Part shown: piece by piece, positions 29,679 to 43,389 of the stretch
Layout of the letters: each line of letters opens with the position of its first letter
Numbering within the stretch: position 1 is the stretch's first letter
From: Octopus vulgaris
Taxonomy: Eukaryota
Length of the DNA stretch: 64,000 bases
Assembly: GCA_951406725.2 (NCBI GenBank)
Contig: OX597821.1
Span: forward strand, 86,552,001-86,616,000
Reading direction: 5' to 3'
The notes under the pieces: generated by a model
Told to the model about the DNA's origin: nothing
The model's input: the letters and a program-made list of their open reading frames with translations, nothing else
Database searches by the model: none
Translations under genes and position numbers: made by a program

Positions 29679-29889
29679 TTAAAAGTGAAAACTGTCCTGA
29701 ATCTTTGTTGGCTGAGAGGTAGAAGAGGAGGCAGAGGTGGGGGCAGAAGAATTCGAAGTAGCAGTCTCCTCGATGTTGATGCGGGAGATGAACCTGAGGC
29801 GTAGCTGCAGAGGTGGACGTAGGTTCCTAATGATCTTCTCCACATCGTTTTTCACTCCATCGCCAACAAACATGTATTTTATGTGATAG
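29679..29889 (-). CDS. MED23: MED23 terminal coding exon (YHIKYMFVGDGVKNDVEKIIRNLRPPLQLRLRFIS...FHF*)
   Basis: cttcAG acceptor; matches the MED23 C-terminus (YHMKYMFTGD...VEKII.NL.P.L.LRLRFI); TAA at 29679-29681. Confidence 0.94.
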
Positions 29890-32559
29890 CTGAAGCAACG
29901 TTAAGGAAGTGGTAGTGACATTATTGGAGGTTGGGTTGGGGGTTGGCATTAAGACCAACCAGGAGCCAGACCAGGGGTTCTCAACCATTCCTTGTCTATG
30001 AATCCTTTTGATTCCTATTTTACTTGGATGAACACGAATAGTCATTCAATGTTTAAAAATATCCTATTATATTTTTTATATTAACCCTTTAGCATTTAAA
30101 CTGGCCACATCTGGCCAACATGTTGTTCTTGTTTTACGTTCAAACTGGCCAGATCTAGCCTTTCACACCTACCCTACAATGTTGGTCTAAAAAATATAGA
30201 GTCGCATAATTGAAATCTTAAGGCTACAAGATAATACCCGATTAATTCCAAATGATGTGAATAAATAAGCATTACATTTGATAGGCGCATGACTCAGTGG
30301 TTAGAGCGTCGAGCTTATGATCATAAAGTTGTGAGTTTGAATCCCAGACCGGGCTGCGTGTTGTGTCCTTGAGCAAGACACTTTATTTCACGTAGCTCCA
30401 GTTCACTCAGCTGTAGAAATGAGTTGCAACGTCACAGGTGCCAAGCTGTATCGGCCCCTTTGCCTTTCCCTTGGATAACACTGGTAGCATGGAGAGGGGA
30501 GGCCAATATGCATGGGCGACTGCTGGTCTTCCATAAACAACCTTGCCCGGACTAGTGCCTGGGAGGGTAACTTTCTAGGTGCAATCCCACGGTCAATCAT
30601 GACTGAAGGGGGTCTCAACATTTGATAGAATAATCTGAATGCTAAAGGGTTAAGCATTATTAGGAATTGTATAAAAAAAGAATTAAATTATTTTGTGTAT
30701 TGCATGTACATTTTAACAACAAAATCTTATATGGACCCTTAAGGGTTATGTGAACTCTGGTTGAGAACTACTGAGATAGACAATATAGGTTTAAGGAGAT
30801 CTATTGACAAACACAAAAATAAAAAAATTAAAATGTGACAAAAAACAATTTTGAGATGTTCAATATGTGAGTTTTTGTTGTTGAGTTTGGAGTTGGCCCT
30901 AACTGAGTAGATCTATGAGCAAAGACATTCCAAACTTGACCACCCTATCATTTTGTTTCATTTCTGTTATTTCTAGTTAAGGCAGTGGTCTATGATTTTT
31001 CACAAGGCCTCTGAGATTTGTACGAGGGAGAGAGGAAGAGATCCTTAAATGGGAGACCNNNNNNNNNNNNNNNNNNNNNNNNNNNNNNNNNNNNNNNNNN
31101 NNNNNNNNNNNNNNNNNNNNNNNNNNNNNNNNNNNNNNNNNNNNNNNNNNNNNNNNNNCCTGTTTAGAGGAGCAGGGCATCAGTTATTTGGACACTATTG
31201 TACAGGTATAGCAGTGTGATAACACATTTGTATCTCAACTACATGGTTCCAGGTTCAAACCTTTTGTGTGGCAACTTGGGTAAGTGACTCCTACAACAGC
31301 CCTGGGTTAACCAAAGCCTTGCAAGAGAACTTCGTAAAAAGAAACTGAAAGAATTTGTCATGGGTACGTATTTACGTACAAGTATGCAAGTGTATGCGTA
31401 TATGTGAGTGTTAAACTCTGTCTGACCTATGCAAGTATGGAAAAATGAATGTAAAAAATGATGATCATGTTTGATGAATTAAAAAGAGGGGAAAAAAAAG
31501 ATAAGAAAGAAGGTAAAAGAGGAAAAAGGGAAGAGTACAGGAAAAGTAAAGGAAAAAGAAGAGAAGGGAAAAGAAAAAGAGAATGGTAAAATAAAAGAAA
31601 GAGGATAAAGAGAAGGAGAGAGAAGTGAAGAGGTGCTTGCTGATGTAAAGGAGAAGGAAGAGAAAAGAAAGGATTATGTAATAAAGGGAGGAGTCAGGAG
31701 GAGTAAGCAGAGTATAAGAATGCAGAAGAGGAGAAGATATAATAAAAGAAATGGGAGTCAAAAAGGGTTACTCACCACAAATGTAACTGATTCTGATTGG
31801 TTTGTGGAACAGAAGCCAGCGAGTGAAGGTGACCTAGAAGTTGCACCCTATAATGGGGCTGAATGTGATGCAGTCGGTAACTGAACATTTCAAGTAATGT
31901 GTGCAGGATACCCCAAGCCTGGCTTGCAAAGACATTAGGTAACAATTGACCTGTTAAAAGAACAGTAGTTAAATGTAGATCGATAACACTGATAACACTG
32001 ATATACAATGCTGATAATGATGATGGATCGAACTGGAAGAGGAATACGTAAACAGATATATGCTTATTGATGATAATGAAGATAGTTGAACCTGTAGAGA
32101 GAATAGTTATATAGATATATGCTTACGGGGAGAAGATTTGATCTGAGCAGAGAGTATTTGAATATATGCATGAGCATGTATGTGCGCGTGCATGCATATA
32201 TATACACATATATATATATATACATATAAAGGGTGAAATATAATTAATTTAATAAAATCAATAAATTTCACCTAGTAGTATTTCGGTATGGAAAAGGACC
32301 ATATTTGGTAAAAATTCATATAATCATAATAAGGGATTTTTGCACAAGTTGCTTTCAAACCACATACCGAAAATATTAAAGAATATTAGCAATCAAAGGG
32401 CTACTATTTCTATTACTTTTTTTTTGCTATATATGAGTTACAAATACTGTTGCTTGTGGAGACTTATTTTTGTAGTAATAGAAATAGTAGCCCTTTGACT
32501 GCTATTTCTAATATTTTCGGTATGTGGTTTAAGCAACTTGTTGCAAAAAACCCATATTA

Positions 32560-32608
<49 letters not shown>

Positions 32609-35332
32609 CGTATAAAGCACCCACTACACTCACGGAGTGGTTGGCATTAGGAAGGGCATCCAGCTGTAGAAACACTGCCAGATCAGACTGAGCCTGGTGC
32701 AGCCTCCTGGCTTCCCAGATCCTTGGTCGAACTGTCCAACCCATGCTAGCATGGAAAGCGGACGTTAAACGATGATGATGATATCATCAGTTAATATCCA
32801 TTTTCCATTCTGGCATGGGTTGGACAGTTTGACTGTCACTGGCAGTTGCAGAGCTGTACAGACTCCAATTGTCTGTGTTGGCATGGTTTCTACTATTGGA
32901 TGCCCTTCCTAACGCCAACTACTTTACAAAATGTGTTGGGTGCTTTTTACGTGCCACAGGTGCATTTGTGTTGCACCAGCATAAGCACGCACGCACATAC
33001 ACACACACACACACACACATACATACATACATATATATATATATCAGTATCCTCATTTTAACAATTACCCTTCTGCGCTAGCATGGTAATATACATACAT
33101 ACACATAAACATATATACTGACAATGAATGACAAGGAAAAGGAAGATGGTTATTTATGCCCAATCCGTACACCATCCAAGGATGGGAGACAAACATGGCT
33201 AGATTTGAACTCAAAACAGAAGGGACATAACAAAATACCTTAAAACAGTCTGGCCGTATCATTTATGCAAGAGCAGGCATAATCATTTAAACTGACATTT
33301 GTGCTGGTGCTTTATCACATCAACCACAAATGGATGAAAGATAAAGATCATTTAGGTAGGATTTCTGACACTAGCACAAAGCAAAATGCTATTAGAAAAG
33401 GAATATGCAAATTATATTAACATTTTGGCTCAGGGAAAATGAGAGGCAAGGCTAACTCCGGATGGATTTGAACTCAGAAAATATAGCAACTCCAGTTATC
33501 TTCAGACTAAAGACCTGGTCTGAATACTTGAAATAAAGTGGGTTCACTTAAAGGCACTCAAGAGCCAGATGGTGATGATGTTAGTTGATAGTGCATGATT
33601 CAACATCACCTATGAGGTGTAAGAAAGAATGAGCCCCACCAGTTTGACCAAGTGTATGGTTCATTACCACAAGACGTGTAGGCACTGTAAAGAGCCATGG
33701 GCATTGCCCCTCCCTCCTGACTAAAAGACAAAAGTAAAAAAAGGGAAATACATGAATATGATGTTTGCAGAGGTGATCAAATGAGTTAAGGGTTTATGAT
33801 TGAAGTGAAATGCACTCACTTATGAAAGCTTTAATTCCAAGTGATTCAATCTCCATGTAAACAAGTAGACGGCTGTATGTCTCAACTAATGCTGGCGCTA
33901 AGGCAATATTGGTTTTCTTCTTTGCCATTTGAATAACTTTTGTCACAATGCTGTGGATCAAGCTGCAATTGAAACAAAGATGGTAAGAATAAAATGACAG
34001 TGTCAGTATAATGATTTGAACAATTACTCTTCTGTGCTAGCATGGTAATATACATACATACATCATCATCATCATCGTTTAACGTCTGTTTTCCGTGCTA
34101 GCACGGGCTGGACGTGATTCGACCGGGGTCTGGGAAGCCAGGGGCTGCACCAGGCTCCAGTCTGATCTGGCAGAGTTTCTACAGCTGGATGCCCTTCCTA
34201 ACGCCAACCACTCCACGAGTGTAGTGGGTGCTTTTTACGTGCCACCTGCACAGGTGCCAGTGGGGTCCGGCATCGGCCACGATCGGTTGGAGCTTTTAAC
34301 GTGCCACCAGCACGGAAGCCAGCCAAGGCGGCGCTAATGAATAACGAGGAAAACGAAGATGGTTATTTATGCCCAATCCCTACACCATCCAAGGATGGGA
34401 GACAAACATGGCTAGATTTGAACTCAAAGCAGAAGGGACATAACAAAATACCTTAAAACAGTCTGGCCTTATCATTTATGCAAGAGCAGGCATAATCATT
34501 TAAACTGACATTTAAACCATGTAGAGGTGGGATTGCAAAGTGGATAAGGTTTTGGACTACCAATACATGGCTACCCTGCACTGTATAAGGGTGGATGGAA
34601 GCAACTAGAAGGAAGACACAGATGATGATGATGAAGTGTGGGAAGCTCTCAAGTGAAGGAAGGTGAGTATAAGAGGGAATACAGACACCGGATTAGGAAG
34701 AAAGAGAGGCTAAGTTCATAAGAGTGTGAGGGAAGTGTGTAGGTGGGAAGGGTGGAGGTGAATGTACAGAATGATGAACGAGGGTGGAGATGCGGTTGAC
34801 AGTAAATATCAGCATAGTTGGGGAGAAGATGAGAGCGACTTAGGAAAGAGAAAGTGATGAGTACAGAAAGGTGGAGAGCAGTAGTATAGTAAGCCTGCAA
34901 ACAGATTAGTGAAACAGGACTGGAACTCAACTCAAAAGGGATGAGGACAAATACCACAAGGCAAGTTGTTCAACATTCTGACAACTTAGTCAATTCATTG
35001 CCTTAGCGTGTGTATTAAACATACATGATTGCACCAAGAAAGTTTCCCTCCAAAGCACAAGTCCAAGCAAGGTTGTTTATGGAAGATCAGTAGTCGCCCA
35101 TGCATACCAGCCTCCCCTCTCCATGCCACCGATGTTATCCATGGGAAAGGCAAAGGGCAATGCAGCTTGGCACCAGTGACGTCACAACTCATTTTTACAG
35201 ATGAGTGAACTGGAACAATGTGAAATAAAATGTCCTGCTCGTGATCACAACACACTGGCCAATCCAGGAATCAAACTCACTACCTCATGACTGTGAGTCC
35301 AACACTCTAACCACTGAGCCATGTGCCCTCAT

Positions 35333-35376
<44 letters not shown>

Positions 35377-35556
35377 TCATCATCATCATCATCGTTTAAC
35401 GTCCGCTTTCTATGCTGGCATGGGTTGGACGGTTTGACTGGGGGGTCTGGGAAGCCAGAGGCTGCACCAGGCTCAGTCTGATCTGGCAGTGTTTCTACAG
35501 CTGGATGCCCTTCCTAACGCCACCACTCCGTGAGTGTAGTGGGTGCTTTTTATGTG

Positions 35557-35600
<44 letters not shown>

Positions 35601-38600
35601 TCATCGTTTAATGTCCGTTTTCCATGCTGGTAAGGGTTTGACTGGAGACTGGCAAGCCAGGAAGCCACACCAGGCTCCAATCTGATCTGGCAATGCTTCT
35701 ACAGCTGGATGCCCTTCCTAATGCCTACCACTCTGAGAGTGAGTGTAGTGAGTGCTTTTTACATTCCACCAGCACGATAGTCAGTCAGGCGGCACTGGCA
35801 TCGGCCACATTCAGATGGTACTCTTTACATGCCCCCGGCACAGGAGCCAGTTGGGGCAGGAAGGCTGGCATCAACCATGTTTGGACGGGTGCTTTTTACA
35901 TGTCACTGGCACGGGGAGCCAATCTGGCGGCTCTGGCAGCGACCCACACACGAATGAATGGTGTTTATCGCATGCCACCAGCACTGGTAGCTACCACAAC
36001 TACAATTTCCATTTGATTGTGATTTGATTTGATTTACTTGACTCAATAGGTTTCCTCAAGCACAGAATGTTGCCTGACGATTCAGCAAATAAGTAACAAC
36101 GATGTCCAGGTATCAGTACATTAGTGCTGTTTCAGGCAGCTCCATTTAATCAATCAATGAAAACATTACATCAGTTTGAAATAAACCGCTCTCCTCAGAG
36201 TGTATGACCATATAGATTTCCAGCATACAGGATACTCCTTTATAATTTTATAACCCTAACCCCAATAAATTTTTCAGCAGTACTAGAGTTTAAGATATAT
36301 TGCTTCTGTTAGCTATTACTGTAGCAGAATGAATTTAGGGAAAATACCTAAAGCTTACTATAATTTAGAGTGGCAGAAGAAAATAATGGGGTTCAGTAAA
36401 GAGGAATAGTGATATAGCTACATTCATTTTTATATATATAAGATACATATGGATATATGTTGTTAATTTAATCAAGATTCCAACATCACCATGAAAATAC
36501 AGGACCAGATACTGCAACAGCTTGGGTTTCAGAGGACCACAGCTCTTTAACAACCTCCTTAAATGCCTGAGAGACTTACATAGTGTAGATGTGGGTTTCT
36601 TTAAAACTAAACTGGATCTCTTCTTGTCAGGGGTCCCAGATGAACCTACCTCACGACAAGAGACACAGATGCGGGCAGCAGCATCAAACTCCCTTGTTGA
36701 TCAGAGGTGGATTCACATATTAGTGTAGCTCATTCAGCGGTGGTGCCCCAGCATGGCCGCAGCCTTCGGGCTAAAACATTTTTAAGGATTTAAGGATTTA
36801 TATCTGAACCAAGCTAGCATTTGGAATGTATAATTAAAATCAAGAAAACAGAAGAATGAATTCTGCAAAATTAGGGAGTCAATACTATATATAGTAAGGT
36901 TAAATAACTCTGGCATGACCAGCACAAAATCTATCACCTCACCTCATTTTGGCATGAACTGTGAGAGAATCCAATAAGCTCATTGGTAACGGTTGGGTTG
37001 GTGCCCCAGCAACGATGTTTCCTGGTAAGAGGGTTGTGTTTTTGTTATTGCCATGGATATTTTCAACCAAAATGGCCATAGGAAGACTAAAATATTCAGA
37101 ATTGGTGCTATCTGTGAAGAAAATAAGAAAACAAATATATGAAAATAGAAAGATAACTTTCAAAATATAAAGAAGATAAACAAGATTGAAGATTAAAAAA
37201 CATTGCTTAATATCTATGTTTCTTATTTCTTTATTGCCCACAAAGGGCTAAACATAGAGGGGACAAACAAGGACAGACAAAGGGATTAAATCGATTACAT
37301 CGACCCCAGTGCATAACTGGTACTTAATTTATCGACCCCGAAAGGATGAAAGGCAAAGTCGACCTCGGCGGAATTTGAACCCAGAACTTAACGACAGACG
37401 AAATACCGCTAAGCATTTCGCCCGGCGTGCTAACGTTTCTGCCAGCTCGCCGCCTTTATCTATGTTTCTACAGTTGGATAACCTTCTTAACATCAGCCAC
37501 TTTACAGCATGTGCTGGATGCTTTGTTTTGTTTTTTTTCATGTCACTGGTACTAGTGAGGTTGTAATGCAGCTCACAAGACTTTAAAACTCAAGGGAGTT
37601 GGGAATGGTTTTATGAAGCAGGTGCAGTATTAGTAGATTGACAACAGGTTGACAGAAGTGGTGGGGCACTTGAAAAACATTTTCTGGTGCTGTTTAACCC
37701 TTTAGTATTTAAACTGGCCATATCCGGCCAAAATAGTTAATCTGTTTTATGTTCAAACTGACCAGATCCAGGTTCTCACACCTACCCTACAATGTTATTC
37801 TACATTAATTACACCATCAAGATCTTGAAACTATGAGATAAAGCATGATTAATTCAAATATATGGGAATCAATAGGCATTATGTTTGATTGAATAATCTG
37901 AACACTAAAGGGTTAAATGTGATCCTTTAACTTTCAATCTCTTAGGTGTAAATAAAATCAGCACAACTCAAATAAAAAGACCAGTGTAATCAATTACATA
38001 CAGCCTCGTTCAAATTTATAACCTCGTCTGGCACCTGTGCCAGTGGCACGTAAAAAGCACCCACTACACTCACGGAGTGGTTGGCATTAGAAGGGCATCC
38101 AGCCGTAGAAACATTGCCAGATCAGACTGGGCCTGGTGCAGCCTTCTGGCTTCACAGACCCCAGTTGCATGATGATGATGATGTAACAATGTTAGAAATT
38201 AATAACAACCCTTCTCAGAAGACTCGTCGGAATTATTTTGCTCACTCTTTTTTTTTTTAACTACCCCTTACTATTTTCTTACTATTTGCTTTCTTGCTTC
38301 TGTTAGCAGCCAGACAGGAAAATCAAGACAAACTGATTTTAACACCCACCTTTCCAAATTTGTATGGGATGAAAGGAGTTAACAGAGGTTTATTTTTCTA
38401 TGGTCTGATGCTCTTCCTGTCACCAAGCCTCGTTTCCAAGTAAGGTAATATTTCCCCACAGCTAGAAATGTTTTCACAGAAGACTGGAAATGAATGACAC
38501 TGCTTGTATGACAGTGATGCTCATTTACAACTATCGTGTGATATCAAAACAAGGAGACACACGCATGCACACACAAACACATACACATGTGTGTGTGTGT

Positions 38601-40611
38601 GCGCGTGTGACTAACAAGCTTCTTTCAGTTTCCATCTACCAACTCCTCTCATAAGGTTTTAGTAGGCCAGAGCTGTGATAGAAGACATTTACCTAAAGTG
38701 CCACAAAGTGGAGCTGAGCTTGATGTATTTGGTTGAGAAGAAGACTTCTTAAACACACAGCCGTGCCTGAGCTTCTGACAGACGCATAAGTATATTCACA
38801 TGTAGATATAGACACTTAGACATATACACATACAGATACATCATCATCATCATCATTGTTTAACGTCCGTTCTCCATGCTAGCATGGGTTGGACAGTTCG
38901 ACCGGGGATCTGGGAAGCCAGAAGGCTGCACCAGGCTCCAGTCTTATCTGGCAATGTTTCTACAGCTGGATGCCCTTCCTAACGCCAACCACTCCGTGAG
39001 TGTAGTGGGTGCTTTTTACATGCCACCTGCACAGTGCCAGGCGAGGCTGGCAACGGCCACGGTCAGATTGGTGCATTTTACGTGCCACTGGCACGGAAGC
39101 CAGTCGAGGCGGCACTGGCATCGGCCACGATTCGGATAGTGCTTTTTACATACCACCAGTCCAGGGGTCCTGGCATCTGCCGGGTGCCAGTCATAGGATT
39201 GGTTACAACATATATATATGGGCACACTTTTGAAAGCTGCAGGAGGAAGTGATAGTTTCCAAAATACAATCAGTTGAAGTTTTCCCTTCCATTAAAAAAC
39301 AAAAAAAAGGGAACAGATATATTCCACTTCAAAAGAAGTCCTTATAGGTGCAGAGCAATAGCTGTGAGGTTAACAAGCTTGCTTTGCAACCAAGTGGTTT
39401 TGAGTTCAGTTCCACTGCATGACACCTTAGACAAATGTCTTCTACTATAGCTCTGGACTGACCTATACGTTATAAGCTGAAAGCGAATTTGGTAGAGAGA
39501 AACTGTGTTGAAGCCCATCGTATGCATGTACATGTGTGTGTGTGCATGCGCGTACACACACACACATCATCATCATCATCATCATCATCATCGTTTAACG
39601 TTCGTTTTCCACGCTAGCACGAGTTGGACGGTTCGACCGGGGTCTGGGAAGCCAGGGGCTGCTCCAGGCTCCAGTTTGATCTGGGAGACTTTCTACGGCT
39701 GGATGCCCTTCCTAACGCCAACCACTCCGCGAGTGTAGTGGGTGCTTTTTACGTGCCACCTGCACAGGTGCCAGGGGGGTCCGGCATCGCACATGCTTGT
39801 GTTTATTTGTTGGTGCTTGTCCTCCACCACAACCACTTGGCAACTGATGTTGATTCATTTACACCCCAGTAACTTAGCAGTTTGGCAAATGAGACCAACA
39901 CAATAAATAAATAATAAGAAGAATTTATTATTTAAATTATTAATAAGAACTTATTATTTAAAATAAGAAGAACTGGGATTCATTCATTCAACTAAAACCT
40001 GCAAGGCAATGCTCCAGCATAGCCGTATTCCAATGACTGAAACAAGTAAAAGGTAAAAGATTTATAAAAAAAAAAAAAAATTACAAGTTTTGTACTCAGA
40101 CTTACAAGCATTGCATAACAAAGCTATTTTATAATCTCCAAGTAACAAATTCTTCTGGCTGAATGCATGCTTCAGGAATCTGTAAGAGAGAAAGTAAAAG
40201 TAAGTAGAAATAACTGAAATAATATTGATGTCAGATTTTGGCACAAGGCCAGCAATTTCGGAGGAGGAGGAGGAGGTGCGTCGATTACGTCAACCCCCAG
40301 TGCTCAACTGGTACTTATTTTAGCGACTGCAAAAGGATGAAAGGTGATGCTGACCTCAGCAGAATTTAAACTCGTGGTGCTAACATTTCTGCCAGCTTGC
40401 TGCTTTACTAAAATAATATTGACCAGATAAGCTGTTAATTTCTCTCTCATTCAATGACGATATAACATTTCATGAGACATTTACATCTCATATTTTAGAA
40501 GAAAATCATTATCTTAATATTTGTTTATGTACCAATACATGCCAAGGCTATGATACATGAAGAATACTACAAATACCAGGGTCACTATATAAGTGTGTAT
40601 GTATGTATGTA

Positions 40612-40653
<42 letters not shown>

Positions 40654-43346
40654 TGGCTGGCTTCCGTGCCGCTGGCATGTTAAAAGCTCCAACCGATAGT
40701 GGCCAATGCCGGACCCCACCTGGCACCTGTGCAGGTGGCACGTAAAAAGCATCCACTACACTCGCGGAGTGGTTGGCGTTAGGAAGGGCATCCAGCCGTA
40801 GAAACTCTGCCAGATCAGACTGGAGCCTGGAGCAGCCCCTGGCTTCCCAGACCCCGGTCGAACCGTCCAACCCATGCTAGCACGGAAAACGGACGTTAAA
40901 CGATGATGATGATGGAGTATGGTTGGACATTTATTTTCAATCACTACAATTGTTTCTACGTAATGTAGTGCTCCGGGCATGCAGGTACTTGATTATGCGA
41001 CCATTTCCATGCATTATGAGATCTAGTTGTGTTTCCTCAGGTGACATGTAAATATTGTCTCTGTAAGTTTGAATTCTCAGCTTCAAGAGCATCCGCAGAC
41101 AGAGAGGATACTCTTCAAGCCAAGAGGTTTTCAAAGCCCTGAGGAGCACATGAGAGATGAAGAATCAACTGCAGTTCATGGCATGAAGCAAATGGTAGAT
41201 GAATTTTCCACAAGACAGGGAAAATAACATCAGTCAATTCACAGAAGGCATTTTCCAAAATATACAAAATACTTTCCTGACATCTGCCGTAAATCCTCGA
41301 GTATAGTCCACCCTTGAGTATAATACGCTGGGGATTTTTAGGGGGCTGTACCTCTGAAAAACCAAAACCTTGTGTATAATACACACCCCTTCTCTAACTT
41401 GAGTCAAGGAGGTCTATATAACACCCTTGGTTTGTAAAACTGTATACGGTAACATCCTTTATTGTTATTGTATATATAGCATAATGCAAATGTGTAGCTT
41501 TTTTGTGCATTTTGTTAGCAGAAAATAAAGAAATAATAGTAATAACGTTTAATAAATGTTGCTTCTTGCAAGTTATGGATGATTCTTTTATGACTTCATT
41601 GCTTTCAGGCTTAGCTTAAGGTATTTTCGTGCCCGACATCACAAAATGCGTCTGAATAAACATTGCCGGACAGCAAATAGAGACTCGGACGTTGCTTAGA
41701 AAATAATTTTCATTCTTAACCTCGTATATAGTTACGCACTAGGGATTTTGACTTTTAAATTTTGGGAAAAAAATGCGGATTATCCTCGAAGATTTACGGT
41801 AAGTGAACTGACACTTTGTGAGATAACGTGTTTTGTCTATAAATACAATGTGACAACTGCAGTGGATTTGAACTGTGACCAGAGAGGCAGCACAATAATA
41901 TCAAAAGGAGATGATAAAGAATGATTGAAAAATATATCAAAAATAAATAAAAAGTAATGCTTACTCCAAATGATCTTTAAGAGCATGTGGAATTGGTCTT
42001 TGGAGCCTTGCTTTGTCTGTATGAGCTTTTTATTCAGGTGAATCCATATGGAAGTACTAGCTAAAGCATGTGTAGACTGAGGTTTAGTGACATCAGGGAC
42101 CGGTAACACCTCTGTATCAGAGTAAAGCAAGTCATAGAGTTTCAACACTGGTAGAAAGTCAGCAAGCTAGAAAAGACAGAAAAAGAAACAAAAGTATCAC
42201 ACAGACTTTGTATTCAATTGGCATTTTACAAATGAACACCATACAGAAATAGGTCTTACCCAGTACCCCTCCAATGAGACACGGGAGCAAGACATGATCT
42301 TTTGACCTGTTGAATCCATTAAGATGTCAAGCACACTCTATAAAGTGGTTGGCATTAAGAAGGGCATCCAGCCATAGAAATCATGCCAAAACAGACAAGT
42401 GGTGTCTGGACAGCTCTCCAGTTGGTCAGATCCTGTCGAACCATCCAACCCATGCCAACATGGAAAGCAGACGTTAAATGATAATGATGAAGATATATAT
42501 CATTGTTGCTTTTGTATCCACTTTCCCTGCTCATATGGGGTCAGAAGAATTTTGTCCAGGCAGATTGTCTATGGCAAGATGCCTTTCCTGTTGTCAACAC
42601 ACACCTGTTTGTAAAGGAAACAGACACACATACACATGTGCATGCAGCATACACACACACACATGGTGTTTGGGATAAATTTGATGATCTTTTGTTTCCT
42701 TTTTTTCCCCAACTGTAATCCCATGGATTAGTATGCATGGAGCATGGTTATGAAAGACATCGCTCTGCCTGCAACACCAAGGCTGAGTTGGTGGCCAAGG
42801 TCAAGGAGGTGTTTGAAAATCTTCCCAGGAACACAGTGAACAATGCATTCACCAGGTTCCAGAACCATCTTGAGGCCATGCTGGAAGCCGGAGATGGCTA
42901 CTTTGAGTAAATTGTCATCTCCCAGCCATAGTTTAATTGAAACTTTTTGATTTTTTAAAATACTTTTATTTTGGGATGGGATGTTGTCTTTCCTTTTCCT
43001 TTTACACAAGCTGTTAAATTTAGCGTGAACACCCTGTATCTGTGTGTGTGTGCATATATGTATATATGTGTGTGTGTGTGTATAATTTTAAAAATAGGAT
43101 AAAATCTTTATAAGAAATTATCAAGTAGTTAATGTGAAAAACCTCTTGAGGGAAAAATTTATTAATCATTCCCTTTAAATATATTTATTTATATTAAGGG
43201 CATTACTATACATAAATGCCTCATGCTAGGAAGGACTCTTAAAGTCAAAACTACCATAATAAACAGATTTTGTATCGAACGTGAAGGAATGCAACTCTCA
43301 AAGCAAGCCTTTTAAAAACAAATTCAGCTGCAGATCATATGATTTC

Positions 43347-43389
<43 letters not shown>

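Noticed and set aside
41837-42148. MED23 as a pseudogene
   Set aside because: Only one lesion, in a homopolymer; all other exons are intact with canonical splice sites
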